Source of the DNA: Pyrodictium abyssi
Lineage (GTDB): Archaea; Thermoproteota; Thermoprotei_A; Sulfolobales; Pyrodictiaceae
DNA length: 32,000 bases
Direction of reading: 5' to 3'
NCBI RefSeq assembly: GCF_036323395.1
Contig: NZ_AP028907.1
Span: 2,190,001-2,222,000 of the forward strand
The stretch's first letter is position 1. Each line of letters opens with the position of its first letter. The notes under the pieces are model-generated. The model had not been told where the DNA came from. It saw only the letters and a list, made by a program, of their open reading frames with translations, and did no database searches. The translations under genes and the position numbers were made by a program. Positions 1 through 9,185 of this stretch are shown one piece after another.

Positions 1-298
1 TCATGTGCTCTCTGCCTGCGTGGTGTATTGTAGCTGCTACGGCGAACTGGTGGCTGCTCCCGCTCTCGTGTAGTCGTTGCTCTAGTGCGCGGAGGGCTAT
101 GAGGGCCTGGAGTAGGGCGTAGACGGGCTCCCCCGGCTCTCTGGCCGCTGTCTCGCTGAGCGCGGCTGTGGCCGGCCGGGCTATCCTCGTGGTGGCGGGG
201 TGGCTGCTCCAGAGCCTATACGCGCCGGTGTCGCGTGTCGCAGCTATGGCGCCGTCTAGCAGTATGGGGTCCATGGACGGTATCGCGGTGTCGCACAT
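1..298 (-). CDS. Unidentified protein, C-terminal side cut by the window edge
   Basis: Minus-strand frame open from an ATG at about 298 to the window edge (MCDTAIPSMDPILLDGAIAATRDTGAYRLWSSHPATTRIARP...YALLQALIALRALEQRLHESG...) with coding-like codon usage. Absent from the ORF track, presumably because it has no stop inside the window. Confidence 0.4.
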   Translation of the reverse strand, partial: MCDTAIPSMDPILLDGAIAATRDTGAYRLWSSHPATTRIARPATAALSETAAREPGEPVYALLQALIALRALEQRLHESGSSHQFAVAATIHHAGREHM

Positions 299-622
299 AT
301 CCCTGGGGTATCGAGCTCCACCGCTATCCTCGGCTCGCCGCAGCCGCCACGGGGCCAGGCCTCCAGCGTCTCCTCGTCGATAAGGGGCCCCGGCCCAGTG
401 ACAGCGTTTATCCTCCTGGCTAGCTCCGCAACGCGGCAGCGGATGGGAGGCAGCCTGCCCGCTAGGCCGCTCTCGCAGCCGCTGGCCACGAGGTCCCGTG
501 CCAGCGTGGCGGCGTTGCGCCCCGGCCAGCTGCTGGGCCGGTGGCGGGGCGGTATAGCGGTTAGCGGCTCCACGGCCCGGGGCCCGGCGCGCCGGGACGT
601 CTACACCGCATACCCCCGGGCT

Positions 623-1063
623 CTACGGCGGCCCGTACTCAGAGACGTGCCTCGCCACGGGTTCTCGCCCTCTTAGCTGTCTTAGCAGCTTCTCGTCAGC
701 CGTATAGAAGACAGTGCCAAGCCTCCTAGCCAGCACGATGTAGTAGGCATCGTACACGGTGACCCCGTTGTCGATGGCATAGCCTAGAGCCTCCCTCGCG
801 AGCTCCCCGTCTACCTCCACGAACTCTACATCCATCTCGAGTAGGAGGCTGAAAGCCTCCCCAGCCTCCCCGGGTCCCATAACCCCTCTCACAACGTACT
901 TTCTCAGGGCGTTAGCGAGCTCCAGCAGCGCGTAGGATGGCGCGGCTACTGCAACCCTAGCGTCGAGGTGGTCGTTCAGGATAGCCTCTGCCTTGTCGCT
1001 GAACTCCTCCGGTACAAACCACTTGACGAGAACACTCGCGTCAACGACGACCCGCCGCGTCAT
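623..1063 (-). CDS. PIN-domain ribonuclease toxin, VapC-like
   Basis: VVVDASVLVKWFVPEEFSDKA, ALELANAL, VYDAYYIVLARRLG, FYTADEKLL: conserved acidic PIN motifs. Confidence 0.9.
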   Translation of the reverse strand: MTRRVVVDASVLVKWFVPEEFSDKAEAILNDHLDARVAVAAPSYALLELANALRKYVVRGVMGPGEAGEAFSLLLEMDVEFVEVDGELAREALGYAIDNGVTVYDAYYIVLARRLGTVFYTADEKLLRQLRGREPVARHVSEYGPP

Positions 1064-1347
1064 CGCGTCTCCCGGTCCTCGCGTATAAGCTCCGCAGCAA
1101 CGTTGCCCTCGACTCTGCCTATACGGCTCCTAAGCCTGGCTAGCCTCTCACGTATCCTCCTAGCCTTCTCCTCCCGGACCCTCCTCTCGAGGAACCTCCT
1201 AACCTCCTCAGCATAGTCGATACCGAGCCTCTCAAGCTCCTCCCGGAGCCTACGGGGAACCCGGATAGAGATTACAGTGCTCAATAAACAGCCACCCGTA
1301 TACACAGATGCGTCCACAAAGACCATATAAAGACACAGCCGCTGCAC
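1060..1347 (-). CDS. VapB-like antitoxin (true start probably internal, near STVISIRVPRRLREELERLG)
   Basis: ISIRVPRRLREELERLGIDYAEEVRRFLERRVREEKARRIRERL resembles a RHH-type VapB. Overlaps the start of the downstream PIN gene by 4 nt. Confidence 0.75.
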   Translation of the reverse strand: MQRLCLYMVFVDASVYTGGCLLSTVISIRVPRRLREELERLGIDYAEEVRRFLERRVREEKARRIRERLARLRSRIGRVEGNVAAELIREDRETR

Positions 1348-2089
1348 CCTAGACCCTTACACAGCTAGCAGAAGAAAGCTGAGAGCTGCAAGGGCGTGGA
1401 CGTGGGGCTGCTCTACCCCAGGGGCTATGCGCGCCATGTTCTCCGGGAGCTAGGCCTCTGCGGGGGAGACCTGCGGCAGGGCCCAGCTAGTGGGTAGGCT
1501 CAAGAGGCTCGTGGAGGAGGGCGTGGAGGCCGCCGAGGCGGCTGCAGCCCGGCTCGGGCTGCGCGTATAGCGTGTAGCCGAGGGTGATGGTTACTTACTC
1601 TTTATAGTGGCTGCTCTACCCCAGGGCCGCGGCTAGGTGCCCCTTAGCGGGTGCTAGGACTATTAGGTTCCGGGTCCGGGTTGTGGGTTGTGCTCTGGAG
1701 CCTTGGACCATGCTGAGCTCCGGGAGGACGAGATGCTGGAGGTTATTGCTATACTTCTCGGGGCAATGAGAGAGTACTCGACGATGCTGGTGGTGACCCG
1801 CTGCTGTTGAAGGGGATTCCGAGGAAGATTAACCCGGAGCTAGTCTAGGCAAAACACGCCAGGTCAAGATAGGAAAAACCACGGCATCAATCACCCTCAC
1901 TCGAGCCATGGACAGAGGAGCCAAAAATACAGCCCTAGCAGAGCAATGCCCGAGGAACACTAGTACCGTCTTCCGTGTCGAGTCGAATGTCAAAAACGTT
2001 TATTTTCTTCATATGGTAAACTTGCGGAAATCATGGTATTCTGACGTAAATCCAAAAATACCTCTTTAGGTTTAGGAGGACCGCTAAGC

Positions 2090-2635
2090 CTAGTACTCAC
2101 TCGAGAGCAATACAGTTACAGTGAATCCCGTTCTCAAAGTATGATCCAGTTTAACCATTATACTATCTATCTCCTTAGGAAGTTTTGATGTATAAGCGGC
2201 AACCGTATAAACTTCTCCACACGCGTACTCATAAATATACGCTCCATCGGTTACAGTGCCCTTATCAATGTCCATTCCATTTACTTCATAGCCGCATATA
2301 CTGCCATTTTTGACTGCATTCTCTAAGCTTCTTACGTAGTTCAGTATCTCTTTAACATCAGTATATATAAATAGCATGTCGGGCTGCGGGTATTTATCTT
2401 GAAGTATGTCTTCACGATTTGACTTTGATCCAAGGTGCGTTATAGCTATCCTGAGCACTTCGACGAGCGGTTCTGGGCATGTATATTCTCCACTAGTCCA
2501 GCTGGATAGAAGGCCTAATGCTCTAGCAGCACCTATCGTTATATACCAGGTTGCGTTCCCTACGATGAGCTGTGTGTTCTCTTCATTAATTGGTTGTGCC
2601 TCTCGAAGAGCCTTATGTAGGCACTCCTCGGGCAA
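2090..2635 (-). CDS. Hypothetical protein
   Basis: 181-aa ORF with unbiased non-repetitive composition in a relatively AT-rich patch. No family recognised. Confidence 0.5.
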   Translation of the reverse strand: MPEECLHKALREAQPINEENTQLIVGNATWYITIGAARALGLLSSWTSGEYTCPEPLVEVLRIAITHLGSKSNREDILQDKYPQPDMLFIYTDVKEILNYVRSLENAVKNGSICGYEVNGMDIDKGTVTDGAYIYEYACGEVYTVAAYTSKLPKEIDSIMVKLDHTLRTGFTVTVLLSSEY

Positions 2636-2955
2636 ACGATAAAATATTGCGTGTGCCCATGTAGCTTCACCAATATAACAGCCTCAGCGCGGGAGTAACT
2701 TAGATTTATTTCATGAGAAGAGGATAATATACGGTACGTCATCCGGCCAGTTTTTCGAGGATTAGCAATCGTCTTGGAGGCAGTTGTATAGCTTTTCACA
2801 GCTCGCCAATATTTCGAGCAGCTGGTAGGCATTATGTATCGTTCTGGCTAGCATGCCTTGGCGCTCATTCTGCTAGCAAATGCTAGCATTGCGAGATTCG
2901 TCATTACATATTGGACACTGGGTTACTGACTTGTTGTGATTCGCCTGGCTTGGGG

Positions 2956-3435
2956 CTAGATAATTCTCTCTAATTCTTTCTCCGGCACAGCTCTTAATAG
3001 TAGTGCTCTGGCTCCAATCCTGGATGCATGCATACTCATAGCCTCGTCGTCTGTGACTAGTATGGCGTTTCTCCTCCAGGCTAGGGCTATTATGTAGGCG
3101 TCGAAGCCCGAGCTCCCGGTCCTTATTGCTACCTCTAGTGCGTCTTCCCGGATCTCCTCCTCGAATACGATAGTGTAGTCTCTCGTGGATTTGAGGGACT
3201 CGACTATCTCTCTTGCCAGCTTCTCGCCCGCTAGCCTGGAGATTACGGCTCCCGTCTCGACTATAACGGGGTACGGTAGCAGAACCTCGTACTCCCTGTC
3301 TCTAAGCAGCCTTATGACCATTCTAGCCTTGCGGTGTGTCTCCAGCTCCCTGCGGTAGATGTTGCTGGGGAGCCAGCGGCCTGGCCTCAGTACGGACTTC
3401 ACGAGCACGCTACTATCTAGTACCACCTTTCCCAA
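2956..3435 (-). CDS. PIN-domain toxin, VapC-like
   Basis: VVLDSSVLVKSVLRPG, VIVETGAVISRLAG, GSSGFDAYIIALAWRRNAILVTDDEAM. Confidence 0.88.
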   Translation of the reverse strand: MGKVVLDSSVLVKSVLRPGRWLPSNIYRRELETHRKARMVIRLLRDREYEVLLPYPVIVETGAVISRLAGEKLAREIVESLKSTRDYTIVFEEEIREDALEVAIRTGSSGFDAYIIALAWRRNAILVTDDEAMSMHASRIGARALLLRAVPEKELERII

Positions 3436-3620
3436 CGCATGCGGGCCTCCCGGAGCACCTTGTCAACATCCTCTTTGGCCTCCACGCTGACTTTCTCTAT
3501 AAGTTCGGGAAATTCCTCGGGTAGGAGTTGTACTCTGAGTTCCTCGCCTTCCCTCAGCTCTAGGGGCTCGAGGGGCTTCAGCACGCCATTCTCGTAGCGG
3601 ACCCGGATTACCTTGGACAT
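3417..3620 (-). CDS. AF2212/DUF104-like antitoxin
   Basis: VIRVRYENGVLKPLEPLELREGEELRVQL is the typical DUF104 antitoxin signature. Overlaps the downstream PIN gene. Confidence 0.88.
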   Translation of the reverse strand: MSKVIRVRYENGVLKPLEPLELREGEELRVQLLPEEFPELIEKVSVEAKEDVDKVLREARMRWERWY

Positions 3621-3784
3621 GTACTCGTCCCTAGAGTTCTAGTGCTTGCTTAGCCCAATTAACCCCTGCCCTAGCAGGGCGTGTCCTAAGCACTCTCTGC
3701 TCGGAGGCGGCTGATAATCGCTGCTACGGTGTGCCCTCGCTTAAGCGCCCCTATCTGGGTCTACTTGGCTTATCATGCCCCGGC

Positions 3785-5794
3785 CTATGCTGTTCGGTGG
3801 CCTATTGCTGCTGGTGCGCTTACTAGGCCTAGGTAGCCTCCGTGGACTGCGTAGCTGGAGAGTACTGCGGCGTAGTCGGCGTAGAATGGTAGTCGTTTGC
3901 GGTACTCGGTGGGGAGTTGTAGCTCTTCTGCGGTCTTGCGGTCTGTCCTCATGTATATCTTGGTGTTGGCTAGTGTGACGACGAGTGGGCTGAGGTCGCT
4001 CTCCCTGTGAGTGGATAGTAGCAGGGATATTCCGCGGCTCCTGCCTAGCCTTGCTAGGCGCTCTAGGGTTCTCCGGAGCATCTCTGCGTACTCGCCGCCG
4101 CCCCGTGGGAAGAAGAGGTGGGCTTCGTCGACGACTAGGAGTATCCGGCCGGGCCCGGTGCCTTTCTCTGCTGTTGATGCTAGGCTACGGAGGAGCTGGT
4201 AGCCTAGCAGCACTTTTACCGCTGTGGGGTCGCTCTCCGACCTTGTGGCCGCGTAGCCTAGGTCGAGCATGAGCGTATTCACGCCGAGGCTTTCCATGGC
4301 GTTGGCTAGCTCGTTGTAGTCTATCCCTGGTGCCGCCGTGTTTATCACCCCGGTGTTTGCGAGGACTCGTAGCCGGCGGAGCAGGTGCTGTAGCGTCGCC
4401 TCGGGCGCGTAGCGCTTAGCCTCCTGTATCTTGCGCTCTATGCAGTAGGCGAGCTTGGCGGGGTGTGGAATGCGGCAGCCCAGTGAGTCTACTAGCGCTG
4501 GGAGGGCTTCGCGGGCGCGCTCTGTCATGTAGGGGTCTATCTCCGATAGCTGCCTGGGATCTCTCAGCTCTATGCCCCGAGGCGCGATATACACGCTCAC
4601 TGTCTTCTCGCCGCCGCACTCCACGGTGTACCAGGCCTCGTAGACGTATGGGGCGCCGGTGTCGTGGACCACGGGGCCGTCTACGAGCCTGCATTCTCCC
4701 CCGGCGCGGCTGTACATGGCTCTGGCTATCCCGGCCAGGGTCTCGGCGTACCGTTTTGCCTCGCTCTGGGGGCTGCAGTTGTCGCCGGGGCAGGGTATGA
4801 CCACGAGGCCTCTTAGAGAGGGCCCCTTCACGGGCTCACCGGGCTCGGCCTCTACGCCGTATAGCCTGAGTATGCCCGCCCTCTTCGCGTCCACCAGGAC
4901 CCGGGGGATGTAGCCCGGGAAGAGCCCGGCTACGTAGTCCTGGTTAGCGTCGAGCACTACTATGTGGACGTCTCCTCCCTGGGTCCTTGAGACGCTGTAG
5001 AGGATGTTCTTTACGAGGCTCGTCTTACCGCTCCCCGTGGTCCCGGTCACGAGGATGTGCTTCACCATCACGCTCCAGGGGAGGGACACGGGCACCGGTG
5101 AGCCGGCTGCGAGGTACGGCCGGTCCATTATCGCTAGTGCTCCTAGCGTGACATCGCCCCGTGGGGCTATGAGCGCTGAGAGGACCGCGGGGTGCGGTAT
5201 CGCTACGGGGCTGCCCGGGTCTATGGGGAAGGATGGGGCTAGCTTCTCCGCCTCCGCGAGGATCCCGGCCAGCTCCTCTACGCTGCGTGCACGCGAGGCC
5301 TCCTCTAGCCCCTCCCGGCCCAGGTGGACTGCCAGCACGGGCCTAACATAGACCCGGATGCTGACAACGTTGCCCGCTACTGTTATCGGGCTGGGCCTGG
5401 CGAGCGGTATGCTCGTGAGAGGCTCCTGCGCACCGAGCACCCCCGGTATGCTGGAGCGCGTAGACTCGGCCACCTCGCCGAGGACCACGCTCGCCGTCTT
5501 TAGGTCTACTATGGCGTAGAAGTAGCCCGGCGAGAACACCTCAGGGTGGCTATGGGCTAGCCCTATCCAGGCCTCTGGCGCCAAATCCACGGGGACCAGG
5601 TCGGAGCCTATATCCCGGGACGCCGAGACGCGGCCTACGAGCCAGCCGTACTGCTGGAGCGTCTCGACCCCAAGCTCCGCCGCGAGGAGCCTTGCAAGCC
5701 TCTCCGCCGCCTCCACCATCTCCTCGTAGCGCTGGACTATGCGGCGGCGCTCGTTCACCAGCCTCTCGAAGCCCGCGCCCTCGCCGCCGGTCAC
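3785..5794 (-). CDS. HerA-like (DUF87) hexameric ATPase/translocase, non-canonical N-terminal region
   Basis: Walker A GTTGSGKTSL; Walker B ILLVVDEAHLFFP; GRSRGISLLLSTHRESDLSP; downstream NTKIYMRT. 669 aa. Confidence 0.9.
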   Translation of the reverse strand: MTGGEGAGFERLVNERRRIVQRYEEMVEAAERLARLLAAELGVETLQQYGWLVGRVSASRDIGSDLVPVDLAPEAWIGLAHSHPEVFSPGYFYAIVDLKTASVVLGEVAESTRSSIPGVLGAQEPLTSIPLARPSPITVAGNVVSIRVYVRPVLAVHLGREGLEEASRARSVEELAGILAEAEKLAPSFPIDPGSPVAIPHPAVLSALIAPRGDVTLGALAIMDRPYLAAGSPVPVSLPWSVMVKHILVTGTTGSGKTSLVKNILYSVSRTQGGDVHIVVLDANQDYVAGLFPGYIPRVLVDAKRAGILRLYGVEAEPGEPVKGPSLRGLVVIPCPGDNCSPQSEAKRYAETLAGIARAMYSRAGGECRLVDGPVVHDTGAPYVYEAWYTVECGGEKTVSVYIAPRGIELRDPRQLSEIDPYMTERAREALPALVDSLGCRIPHPAKLAYCIERKIQEAKRYAPEATLQHLLRRLRVLANTGVINTAAPGIDYNELANAMESLGVNTLMLDLGYAATRSESDPTAVKVLLGYQLLRSLASTAEKGTGPGRILLVVDEAHLFFPRGGGEYAEMLRRTLERLARLGRSRGISLLLSTHRESDLSPLVVTLANTKIYMRTDRKTAEELQLPTEYRKRLPFYADYAAVLSSYAVHGGYLGLVSAPAAIGHRTA

Positions 5795-6231
5795 CCTGCA
5801 GCCCCCTGCTCGGCCATAGATAGGTGTGTCTCGTAGCTGAAGCCGACAGCGTGGCGTAGAGTGTTGTAGAGGAGCCTAGCACTATGTCTGGAGACTCTGC
5901 GCGCGGCATAGTCAGCCAGCCCTACCGGGATGGGGACCGGCGCGGCGTCGGGGTAGCCCATGAGCTCTACTATACCCGCCAGCAGCTCCAGGTCGGCGTC
6001 GAGCATAGCTCGGAACCTCAGCCTATCAAAGCCTACACCACCACTGCCGTCCACGGTGACGCCGCATCCCTTCACGGGGGCAGCCGGCATCTCTACCCGT
6101 AGGAGCACCCGGCCGTGGAGCGGCGACGGGACGTAGAGGTAGTAGCTCCTCTTGACCAGCACCTTCTGTGTAAACACTCTCCCGAAGCCCTGGAGCCCCA
6201 GCACATCAGCAACGCTGCGGCCGTCACGCAC
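5791..6231 (-). CDS. C-terminal part of NurA-like nuclease, same frame as 6310..7209 but separated by an in-frame TGA
   Basis: SYYLYVPSPLHGRVLLRVEMP...ELMGYPDAAPVPIPVGLADYAARRVSRHSARLLY resembles the NurA C-terminal region. Start 6231 and upstream start 7209 are in the same frame (978 nt apart). Overlaps the herA-like start by 4 nt. Confidence 0.65.
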   Translation of the reverse strand: MRDGRSVADVLGLQGFGRVFTQKVLVKRSYYLYVPSPLHGRVLLRVEMPAAPVKGCGVTVDGSGGVGFDRLRFRAMLDADLELLAGIVELMGYPDAAPVPIPVGLADYAARRVSRHSARLLYNTLRHAVGFSYETHLSMAEQGAAG

Positions 6232-6309
6232 AGACGGCTGGTAGGCGTCCAGCCTGCTCCCGTGGCTGCCCCCGGGGCTTGTGAGTCCCCGTAGCGCTGG
6301 GCCCCATCC

Positions 6310-7209
6310 TCACCGTACTCGACCTCGGCAGGGTGGCTGCAGCGCTACGGGGACCTGGTAGCCGCCCACCCACCTCCGGGGCCCGTAGGCGCGGACAAGC
6401 ATCTCGACGAGCTGGACATCCCTCGAGGCATACAGCCCGCTTGCCTCCACCTTTCTCCTCCACTCTTTATCCGCCACTAGAGCCGAGGCGAGGAAGCGGC
6501 TCCTCTCGAGCCTCTTCACGACTCCTACTAGCCTTACGCCGTGCTGCAGCGCCTCCTCTATCAGCTTGCCCCGGTCGAGCACATTGACGAGGTAGCTTAG
6601 AGCATAGTAGGCCTTCAGCACAGTATAGGGCGAGAGGGCAGCGGGGCCGCCGCTCTGGGCTACCTGCACGAAGAGCCCCGGCGTGTTGAATACCGGGCCG
6701 TCTACGAGCACTAGGGAGCCGCCGGGGACCCAGCCTAGCAGCCATTCTAGCGCCCTATTCTCCAGCCACATCCTGTTCTCGTCGAGCATCGTCTGCCTAT
6801 TGAAGCCATTCCAGTAGTCTAGCTCGGCTATAACCCGGCAGTAGGCGGGCCTGCTTCCCCCGCTGCAGCCGGGTAGAAGCGAGGCGTAGACGCGCGGGTC
6901 AACTAGCGGCGAGTCGGCTACAAGGCCGCCGAACGACGCTGAGGCGGCGTAGCCTAGCCCTAGGCTGACCACGGGCTCCTGGCCTAGCTCGAGGCGGGGA
7001 AGGACACCGGTATCCGGGTAGGAGCCCACCAGTACTACACTGGATACGTGGGAGACGGCGACGCTGTAGACCCCTAGGAGGAGCGTTGTCGCTTCTAGCT
7101 GCTGGCTGCTGCCATCCAGCCCGTAGGCTTCTAGGCGGCCTGGCGGCTCGGGGAGCCGGGACCACACCACTCTGCCATGCGCCGCATCTTCGCGGTCCTC
7201 CTCCGTCAC
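6310..7209 (-). CDS. NurA-like nuclease, N-terminal and catalytic part
   Basis: LEAYGLDGSSQQLEATTLLLGVYSVAV (metal-binding DGS), GSLVLVDGPVFNTPG, GVRLVGVVKR are NurA hallmarks. Immediately upstream of a HerA-like ATPase on the same strand. Confidence 0.8.
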   Translation of the reverse strand: MTEEDREDAAHGRVVWSRLPEPPGRLEAYGLDGSSQQLEATTLLLGVYSVAVSHVSSVVLVGSYPDTGVLPRLELGQEPVVSLGLGYAASASFGGLVADSPLVDPRVYASLLPGCSGGSRPAYCRVIAELDYWNGFNRQTMLDENRMWLENRALEWLLGWVPGGSLVLVDGPVFNTPGLFVQVAQSGGPAALSPYTVLKAYYALSYLVNVLDRGKLIEEALQHGVRLVGVVKRLERSRFLASALVADKEWRRKVEASGLYASRDVQLVEMLVRAYGPRRWVGGYQVPVALQPPCRGRVR

Positions 7210-7309
7210 GCCGGCGCCGCCTATGCTTGCTGGGCGTGGCTGGCTGGTAGAGGCTATGCGTAGCAGCTCGCCTGCGAGGCCCGCTATGTCCAGGAGTGTG
7301 GCAAGAGCT

Positions 7310-8287
7310 ATGACCGTGGTCTACTTCGTCCACAGCCTGACACAGTTCAGCCCAAGGCTCTGGCGCACACTAGGCCACCCATACGTGATGGTCTCCGCCG
7401 ACGACGCGGCCCGCGACCCCCAGAGAGCCGTCCAGCTCCTCAGAGGCCTCAACGTCATAGTGGACAGCGGCGGCTACCGGCTCATAAGCCGCGGGAGGCT
7501 GCCCAGCCCCGAGGAGGTCCTAGAGGTACAGCGGACGCTAGCCGACGAGGTGGGCGCAGAGCCCGTCGCGCTCGACACCCCGGTCCCCCACCCCCTAAGG
7601 GCGGGGGACGCCGACTTCCGCGCCGCAAACGAGGCCACGGCGAGAAACGCCCGGCTATGGGCCCGGGTATTCGGGGACCACTTCATCTACCCCCTCCACG
7701 CCCATACACCGGGCCAGCTCCGGGACGCCCTCCAGAGGCTCCGCCAAGCCGCCCCCACGGTCGAGGCCGTAGGGCTCGGAAGCCTAGCACCCCTCGCGCG
7801 CCACCGGCCAGCCCAGGCGCTGAGGCTAATAGCGTACGCGCGGAGCATGATAGACAAGCGCATCCACGTCTTCGGGGCCGGTAACAGCCTCCTCGCAGCA
7901 CTAGTGCTCCACAGGCTAGCAGACACGGCTGATACGAGTAGCCCGCTCCAGGACGCTCGCTACGGGCTAGCCCGGCACCCCAAGACACTAGCCATGACGC
8001 TCACAGCGCCCCGCCGCGCTCAGGGGAGACCGCGCGCAGAGCCACACGAGATAGCGGCGAAGTGCAGCTGCCCAGTCTGCAGGACCGAGCCAGAAGCTCT
8101 GGCAGAATGGGGCCGTAGAGGCCTCCTAGCCAGGACCGTTCACAACGCCTACCAGCTACTAGAAGTGCTAGAGGACCCCGAGAAGGCGGCAAAGCTGCTA
8201 GCGAGGCGGCCACAGCTAGCAGCTGCGCTGGCAGAGACCCGGCCTGGGAGAGGCTCCGTGGCTGCAGGGCTGCCCGGCAAGGCTTGA
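7310..8287 (+). CDS. tRNA-guanine transglycosylase (TGT/archaeosine-TGT/DpdA-like) base-exchange enzyme; ORF opens at 7223 but MTVVYFVHSL at 7310 is the likely start
   Basis: NVIVDSGGYRLIS, EPVALDTPVPHPL, VEAVGLGSLAPL, HVFGAGNSLLAALVLHRLADTADTSSPLQDARYG (nucleophile Asp region), and zinc motif CSCPVCR...LLARTVHNAYQLLE (CxCxxC...H). Confidence 0.88.
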   Translation: MTVVYFVHSLTQFSPRLWRTLGHPYVMVSADDAARDPQRAVQLLRGLNVIVDSGGYRLISRGRLPSPEEVLEVQRTLADEVGAEPVALDTPVPHPLRAGDADFRAANEATARNARLWARVFGDHFIYPLHAHTPGQLRDALQRLRQAAPTVEAVGLGSLAPLARHRPAQALRLIAYARSMIDKRIHVFGAGNSLLAALVLHRLADTADTSSPLQDARYGLARHPKTLAMTLTAPRRAQGRPRAEPHEIAAKCSCPVCRTEPEALAEWGRRGLLARTVHNAYQLLEVLEDPEKAAKLLARRPQLAAALAETRPGRGSVAAGLPGKA

Positions 8288-8739
8288 TAGTCTCCTCCCC
8301 GGCTTCCGTGGAGAGGGGCAGGCCTACTGTGCACGGGGAGCAGCTACGCTGCCTCGCCGGCGTGGCGTCGAGGTGGCGTCTCCGCTACCTGGTGGTCTTC
8401 GGGTCCCAGGCTAGGGGCTACGCGGGGCCTCACAGCGACTACGACGTGGCCGTCAAGGCCGGCAGGAGGCTAGCCTTCGTGGAGCGTGGCCTCCTCTACA
8501 CGGAGCTAGAGAGGTGTGTAGACGGGCGGCTCGACCTACTGTTCATAGACGACTGGGACCCCATAGCCGTGTGGGAGGCGCTAGCACACGGGAGGCTAGT
8601 CTACCACTGCGGGGCCCAGTGCCTCCGCGAATACTACGAGGACCTCGCCCGAGCCATAGACGAGGTAGCAGACCTAGAACCCATCCTGGTGCTCTTCCGG
8701 AGGGAGATGCAGCGTGCCCTCGCCGGGCCTAGTAGCTAG
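8284..8739 (+). CDS. MNT-type minimal nucleotidyltransferase (MntA-like)
   Basis: LVVFGSQARGYAGPHSDYDVAVKAG matches the GSxxRG...SDxD polymerase-beta superfamily motif; RLDLLFID provides a third acidic residue. Overlaps the upstream TGT-like stop. Confidence 0.88.
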   Translation: MIVSSPASVERGRPTVHGEQLRCLAGVASRWRLRYLVVFGSQARGYAGPHSDYDVAVKAGRRLAFVERGLLYTELERCVDGRLDLLFIDDWDPIAVWEALAHGRLVYHCGAQCLREYYEDLARAIDEVADLEPILVLFRREMQRALAGPSS

Positions 8740-8740
8740 G

Positions 8741-9139
8741 GTGACGCGGGCCCGGAGGAGCCTCGAGAGGCTTAGGAGGCTGGCCTCGATGCCCTGGGAG
8801 GAGTACAGCGTAGACGAGGACGCGCAGGCGCTAGCGGAGAGGCACCTCCACATACTCCTGGAGTCCATCCTCGACCTCGCAGCGTTCATCGCCGCCCGCC
8901 GCGGCCTGGCATGGAGCCCGACCTACCGCGGTGTAGTCGAGGCCCTCGTGGCCAGCGGCCTCGTGCCAGAGGAGCTAAGGAGCCTCGCCCTCTCAGCAGC
9001 CGGCATGAGGAACATACTGGTCCACGGCTACGCGGAGGTACGGCACGACATAATCTACGAAGTACTCCGACACGACCTAGACCGGCTAGAAAGACTCCTC
9101 GACACGCTGTGGAGGGAAGCAGAGAACCTAGACCCCTAG
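8741..9139 (+). CDS. HEPN-domain protein, HepT-like (ORF opens at 8714)
   Basis: MRNILVHGYAEVRHDIIY contains RX4HXY; ALAERHLHILLESILDLAAFIAARRG. Adjacent to an MNT gene. Confidence 0.87.
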   Translation: MTRARRSLERLRRLASMPWEEYSVDEDAQALAERHLHILLESILDLAAFIAARRGLAWSPTYRGVVEALVASGLVPEELRSLALSAAGMRNILVHGYAEVRHDIIYEVLRHDLDRLERLLDTLWREAENLDP

Positions 9140-9185
9140 CACCAACCACTCCGGCACCACATATACGCCTCCCCTAGGGCCGTGT

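Noticed and set aside
6899-7333. Minus ORF overlapping the NurA and TGT-like starts
   Set aside because: Arg/Pro/Gly-rich shadow frame; conflicts with two better supported genes.
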